Origin: an uncultured delta proteobacterium | GTDB taxonomy: Bacteria > Desulfobacterota > Desulfobacteria > Desulfobacterales > SG8-13 | Reading direction: 5' to 3' | Length of the DNA: 64,000 nt | Assembly: GCA_963848135.1 (NCBI GenBank) | Contig: CAWKCK010000003.1 | Location: forward strand, 992,001 to 1,056,000 | In this document: positions 59,836 to 64,000 of the stretch, piece by piece | Layout of the letters: every line of letters begins with the position of its first letter | How positions within the stretch are numbered: the stretch's first letter is position 1 | Program-made: the position numbers and the translations under genes | The notes under the pieces: model-generated | What the model saw: only the letters and a program-made list of their open reading frames with translations | What the model was told of the DNA's origin: nothing | The model's database searches: none

Positions 59836-60915
59836 ATGATAATTGACATTGACGATATTGCCCGCCAGGTTCGCGCGAATTGCGACATTTCGGATGCACA
59901 GCATGCGGGGCTATATTCCATCTGCGGGTTGGCACTGCGGCTGAGGGATCTCTTCAAATGGGAGCACCGCCTGCCGCCCTGGGTTGAAAAGGATTCTTCC
60001 GAGATCCTGGAGTGGATTGGCACAAGGGAAGACAAGTGGGAAAAACTGGCCGACAATACACACGTGGGTCTTCAGATCAACGGCCGCACATTCGATGTGT
60101 TCGACTCCCGCGGGGTCAATACTGTGCTCGAACCCTTCAGATATTACTACGGTGCCGGCTACGCCCTTAGTCTGAAACCGACCTTTCTTCTGGCTCACAT
60201 CGAAAACAAGGTGCAGGTTGAGGGGCATACCGTCTACTTTCTCGGCCAAGAACTGGCCCGTGACCTGCTGACCCTTCCGGCCATGTCTCAAGACAGTGGG
60301 ATCGTTCTCCGCCGGGAAGCTGCGAGGCTCTATCTCTGGGACAAGATTTCCTACATCAAGAAATCCGGGCGGCCGGCCCTGAAGTTCGGCCTTTTTCATT
60401 GCGGGCTCGACAATCCATCTGTCAACGAATTGCGGCAAAATTTGGACAAAATACTCGAGATACAGAGCCAGACTTACATTCATCATGAAATTGGCGAGCG
60501 CGAGGACACCATCTTTAACCGTGGTACCTGGCGTGAGATCATCGCGGCCTATCCGCACACACCGGTGGAACTGTCGGCCCGGGCGGTTAAGGACCTGTTG
60601 GCCGACACGGGGCCGAAAGGCTCTCTGCAAGACATCATCCTGCGCAGGGATACTGCGGCATTGGGTTTTTACAGCGCCTTTTTCGACGGGCTGGGCAAGG
60701 AATTTTTTCCTGAATTAGCGGTCGCTTTTCAACTGTTTACAACCTCCGGCGATTGGCAGGTGATTGGGGAGGCTGTAGCCGTCGGGCGGCGAACGGCCCG
60801 GACACATGCCGAAACAATGATGGCGGTTTTCAAGGAGGGGCAAAACCGGAAGGATCCCCAATGGGCGGCCGAGGAAATCGAGAACCGTTTGCTTTGCGGC
60901 ATTGTCAAACGTTAA
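59836..60915 (+). CDS. Conserved hypothetical protein (Sfum_1244-like)
   Basis: NCDISDA.HAGLYSICGL.LRLRDLFKWE, YGAGY...KPTF, ELARDL, HEIGE, RAVKDLLAD; family recognised from memory. Confidence 0.7.
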   Translation: MIIDIDDIARQVRANCDISDAQHAGLYSICGLALRLRDLFKWEHRLPPWVEKDSSEILEWIGTREDKWEKLADNTHVGLQINGRTFDVFDSRGVNTVLEPFRYYYGAGYALSLKPTFLLAHIENKVQVEGHTVYFLGQELARDLLTLPAMSQDSGIVLRREAARLYLWDKISYIKKSGRPALKFGLFHCGLDNPSVNELRQNLDKILEIQSQTYIHHEIGEREDTIFNRGTWREIIAAYPHTPVELSARAVKDLLADTGPKGSLQDIILRRDTAALGFYSAFFDGLGKEFFPELAVAFQLFTTSGDWQVIGEAVAVGRRTARTHAETMMAVFKEGQNRKDPQWAAEEIENRLLCGIVKR

Positions 60916-60943
60916 GCTGTGATACTCCATACCACCGTTCGAG

Positions 60944-61222
60944 CTATAGCGTGCACTCCGTTTGCGGGGATGTGAGCCAGATCATGTAAAACAATACCTG
61001 GCCGATATCAGTCTTCCCGACGCCGAAAGTCGACTGCCAGACCGGAGATAGAACGCCCGGGAATCCAAATATCAACGCTTCCGGAAGAAAAACTGCCAGG
61101 CAGGATGCGCTCAGGGCAAGCCACGCGGAACGTTTCGCTTTTATCCGATAATATCCTGATTTGCCAATGGACGGCCTTTTGCAGAAGAGCCGAACTTGGA
61201 CCGTCGGCCGCATTGTTGTCAA
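60944..61222 (-). pseudogene. Truncated N-terminal fragment of an MFS (OFA-like) transporter
   Basis: AWLALSASCLAVFLPEALIFGFPGVLSPVWQSTFGVGKTDIGQVLFY resembles MFS TM1 to the start of TM2, then the frame ends. Confidence 0.55.
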
Positions 61223-61335
61223 AAAGGAGGGATTGTGTCAATAATATGTGGGATATGTATGGGGGTTGATACCCTGCCGAATTGACCGCTTGGATTGGAG
61301 ACTATGTTTTCTTTTTGCTTGGCGAGGATCTTGGG

Positions 61336-61761
61336 ATGATTCCGATCACATCGGATATTGTCATCGATGCGAATGATATCCAGCTGGATTTCGTTCGCGC
61401 TTCCGGGCCCGGTGGCCAGAACGTCAATAAGGTCGCGACGGCTGTGCAATTGCGGTTCAATGTCAACCACGCATCTTTACCGCCAGACGTTCGGGATCGA
61501 CTCGTTCGACTGGCGGGGAGCCGGATGACGCGCGATGGCATACTCATCATAAAGGCCGCCAGATTCCGAACCCAGGAAGGGAATCGTCAGGATGCTGTCG
61601 AACGACTTGTGCAGCTTGTCCGGCGTGCCGTTCGAAAACCGGTACCCCGAATCAAGACCCGCCCCAGCAGAGCATCGAAGGAGCGGCAGAAGGTTGCCAA
61701 ACGGCATCGCAGTCGGATAAAGAAACTCAGACGATCACCGATCGTCTCAGAAAAGGACTAG
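61336..61761 (+). CDS. arfB: Alternative ribosome rescue peptidyl-tRNA hydrolase ArfB
   Basis: RASGPGGQNVNKVATAV.LRF, RTQ..NR and a basic C-terminal tail. Confidence 0.95.
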   Translation: MIPITSDIVIDANDIQLDFVRASGPGGQNVNKVATAVQLRFNVNHASLPPDVRDRLVRLAGSRMTRDGILIIKAARFRTQEGNRQDAVERLVQLVRRAVRKPVPRIKTRPSRASKERQKVAKRHRSRIKKLRRSPIVSEKD

Positions 61762-61971
61762 AAGTTATCTCAAAATTAGGATTCTCGGTCGAGATCAAGG
61801 CGAGGCCGAGGATCCCCGCTGCGCGGGATTTCCCATCCGATCCAAAACAGCATGTTGGTCACAACTCGCAGGCAGTCTCAAGTATGTCGAGGACTTGAAA
61901 CGAGGGCTCAACGCCGAGATTTATCCGTCTCTGGCAGATCGGGCGAAAAGACTTTTTTGAGATGCCTTCTA
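61759..61971. mobile_element. MITE-like palindromic element, copy A
   Basis: Imperfect terminal inverted repeats TAGAAGTTATCTCAAAA / TTTTGAGATGCCTTCTA; colinear similarity to 62603-62819. Confidence 0.75.
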
Positions 61972-62088
61972 ATCCGAGATCCCGAAAGGGGTCAGCGCAG
62001 CAAACGACCGGTGGTGACATCGTGTCTGGTCGTCGGATGACCGCCGGTGTCCACATTTTATTAAAGCGAATACCCGAAGTCGTTTGCC

Positions 62089-62595
62089 GTGGAATGGAAG
62101 ACGGTTGCTGAAAAGAACAGAGACGTACCCATGCCTTCAGATATCGTCATACCTAAAGAAAAGGCGGTTTTCTGGCTCGATACCCACGGGTATTGGCGCA
62201 ATGAAAGTGGTCGGTTCCGCCACAAAAAAATAAGCGACCATTTTCACGCCGCGATACGAAAAGACGCGGGCGGTTTTTTCCTTTATCAGGACAGGGGAGA
62301 CTGCACGGAGAAAGTTTACTTTCCGTTCGAGGATACGGCGCTGTTCGTTTTTGGCGTTGCCTTGGATGATGACGTTTGCTTGACTCTTAATACGGGAGAG
62401 AATATCCTACTGGAGCCCCGGAAGTTGTTCGTACAGAATGACAGCCTGTATACCTTTCGGGGTGAGGATCGGGTTAAATTCTCGGAGAGAAGCCTGCTCA
62501 AGATTTCAGTACTGCTGGATGTCGATGCTGATGTCTATTTCATCCGGTTGAATGGTCAGAAATACAGGATCTCATCACGTTCGTCCAAAGAATAA
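62089..62595 (+). CDS. Conserved hypothetical protein (DUF1285-like)
   Basis: IPKEKAVFWLD..GYW.N, EKVYFPFEDTALFV, LTLNTGE. Start uncertain (62089 or 62131). Confidence 0.7.
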   Translation: MEWKTVAEKNRDVPMPSDIVIPKEKAVFWLDTHGYWRNESGRFRHKKISDHFHAAIRKDAGGFFLYQDRGDCTEKVYFPFEDTALFVFGVALDDDVCLTLNTGENILLEPRKLFVQNDSLYTFRGEDRVKFSERSLLKISVLLDVDADVYFIRLNGQKYRISSRSSKE

Positions 62596-62602
62596 ATATC
62601 AC

Positions 62603-62819
62603 GAGACGCGATTTCGACCTCAGGATTTTCGGTTGAGATCGCGGTGCAGCCGAGGGTCCCTGCTTTGCGGGACTTACCGCCTGATCGATACTTTCATGTC
62701 AGCAACAACTCACAGGCATACTCAGGCATGACGAGGACTTGAGACGAGGGTTTAGCGCACAGGTTCGTCCGCCTATAATGCGGATCGGGGGCGGAAAGAT
62801 TTTTTTAAGACGCTCTCTA
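62603..62819. mobile_element. MITE-like palindromic element, copy B (diverged, left end eroded)
   Basis: Shares AGGATT.TCGGT.GAGATC, GCCGAGG, ACAACTC.CAGGCA, CGAGGACTTGA.ACGAGGG and AAAGA.TTTTTT.AGA.GC blocks with copy A. Confidence 0.7.
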
Positions 62820-62859
62820 ATGACATATGCGGGTCAAGGGGCGGCTGGGCAGATCAGCC

Positions 62860-62888
62860 AAAAAGGGGTGGAGATACACCCCACCCCT
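62860..62888 (-). terminator. Intrinsic terminator of the ferritin gene
   Basis: Minus strand AGGGGTGG-loop-CCACCCCT followed by a U run. Confidence 0.65.
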
Positions 62889-62965
62889 CATATTTGGATC
62901 CGTTGGCGGTGTTCACCGGGCGACCGATATCCCCGATATGCAACAGCAGTAAAACCGGTGACCCA

Positions 62966-63499
62966 TCATTCTGCGCCGGCAGTGGTCGGGTCGAGCGGGG
63001 AACCCGGCGGAAATGGCCGCTGCGCCAGTTCTCGGTCCAGCATCAACAGGCCGGATTTGTCATTCCCGACCATTTCAAGTTGATCGGTGATCTTACCGGC
63101 GTTGGCTTCTTCTTCTACTTGTTCATCGGAGAACCATGCCAGGAGAGGCTCAGAAGCATAATCTTTCTCTTCCCGTGCAATACTGGTGAGGTCATTTATT
63201 TTACCGCTGATGAACTGTTCGTGATTCAAAGCGTCTTTGAAGGCCTCAAGAGGTGACTCCCATTTGTTTTTGAGTTGTTTGAGATCCTTCAGGACGACTT
63301 TTCCGCCCCTGTCGATGATATGCTCGAAGAATTTCATGGCATGAAGCATTTCTTCATGTGCCTGGCACCGCATCCAGTGCCCCATGCCGTCTAGGCTGAT
63401 CGAATGGAAATAGGCCGCCATGGACAAATAGATGTAGTAGGACTCGAGCTCATTTTTAATTTGGTCATTAATAGCCTTGTTCAGTCTTTCGCCGATCAT
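62966..63499 (-). CDS. ftnA: Non-heme ferritin
   Basis: QIKNELES.YIYLSM, EEMLHAMKF, HEQFIS, WF.DEQVEEE ferroxidase-centre motifs; AAGGAG RBS. Confidence 0.93.
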   Translation of the reverse strand: MIGERLNKAINDQIKNELESYYIYLSMAAYFHSISLDGMGHWMRCQAHEEMLHAMKFFEHIIDRGGKVVLKDLKQLKNKWESPLEAFKDALNHEQFISGKINDLTSIAREEKDYASEPLLAWFSDEQVEEEANAGKITDQLEMVGNDKSGLLMLDRELAQRPFPPGSPLDPTTAGAE

Positions 63500-63813
63500 C
63501 TTCAATCTCCTTTCACATATTTTCTTACCGTTGAAATTTTCCTTCTGACCAGCAACCGGGCGGTTGTCTAACCTCTGTGACCCTATCCCCGCCGCGGCCG
63601 TATTGTTCTTGCCAGCTGCTCATGTCGTCAGTTCTGTGTCAGATTCAATCGCTAATCTAATCATCCCACGAGCCGTGGCAAGCTGTAATTTACGCGTGTG
63701 TCGCTCCATGGGCGGCGCCCGGTGGCAGGGATCGGTGGTACCATGAAAAAAGAACAAACATAAGAGGTTTCGCGTGTATTTCTGGTACCGAAGGCCACCG
63801 CGGACGCCAGGTT

Positions 63814-63859
63814 ATTTATACCGCTTTTCAAACAAAGATTCCGAAATATGGTGATATAA
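63814..63859. repeat. Copy 2 of the intergenic motif at 5801
   Basis: ATTTATACCGCTTTTCAAACAAAGATTCCGAAATA matches 5801-5835 at 32 of 35 positions. Confidence 0.7.
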
Positions 63860-64000
63860 GGGGTTGGTGAAAAAAACGCGCGAATAACGGAACGTTTCTG
63901 TGACAACCACAATAATGCGTTGGCTTGACTTGGATTTATCCGGCCTTATCGTCTCGGCAGCAGAATTCTCAGCGCCGGCCCTAAAGTGCCTTTCAAGATT

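Noticed and set aside
1..64000. CRISPR array, prophage, integron or autonomous IS
   Set aside because: I saw no regularly spaced direct repeats and no cas, integrase, transposase or phage structural genes.

Overview
64 kb of chromosomal, mostly housekeeping and accessory DNA. Gene content and style (TAXI, Sfum_1244-like, DUF294, HDOD, rubredoxin, many sigma-54 promoters, palindromic intergenic repeats) suggest a Desulfobacterota (Desulfobacterales-like) bacterium; this is an inference. About 50 CDS are supportable, including several small genes absent from the ORF track: a partial ExeA-like ATPase, a rubredoxin and two sigma-54-driven micro-proteins. I found no rRNA, tRNA, CRISPR array, integrase or transposase. 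Non-coding features are a c-di-GMP-I (GEMM-I) riboswitch, five GG-N10-GC sigma-54 promoters, three MITE/REP-like palindromic elements, and a 35-bp motif repeated 58 kb apart. The best candidates for undescribed biology are: (i) an overlapping metallophosphoesterase + ParB/Srx-DUF4032-Lrp/AsnC gene pair; (ii) a Zn-ribbon-pseudokinase-TM-trypsin protease-TPR membrane protein; (iii) a catalytically degenerate CoA-transferase fused to a GNAT; (iv) a variant diadenylate-cyclase-domain protein; (v) a TMEM143-like + HerA-like ATPase pair next to mscL; (vi) an orphan MreB paralog lacking its catalytic glutamate. All family calls come from motif recognition by eye, with no database searches.
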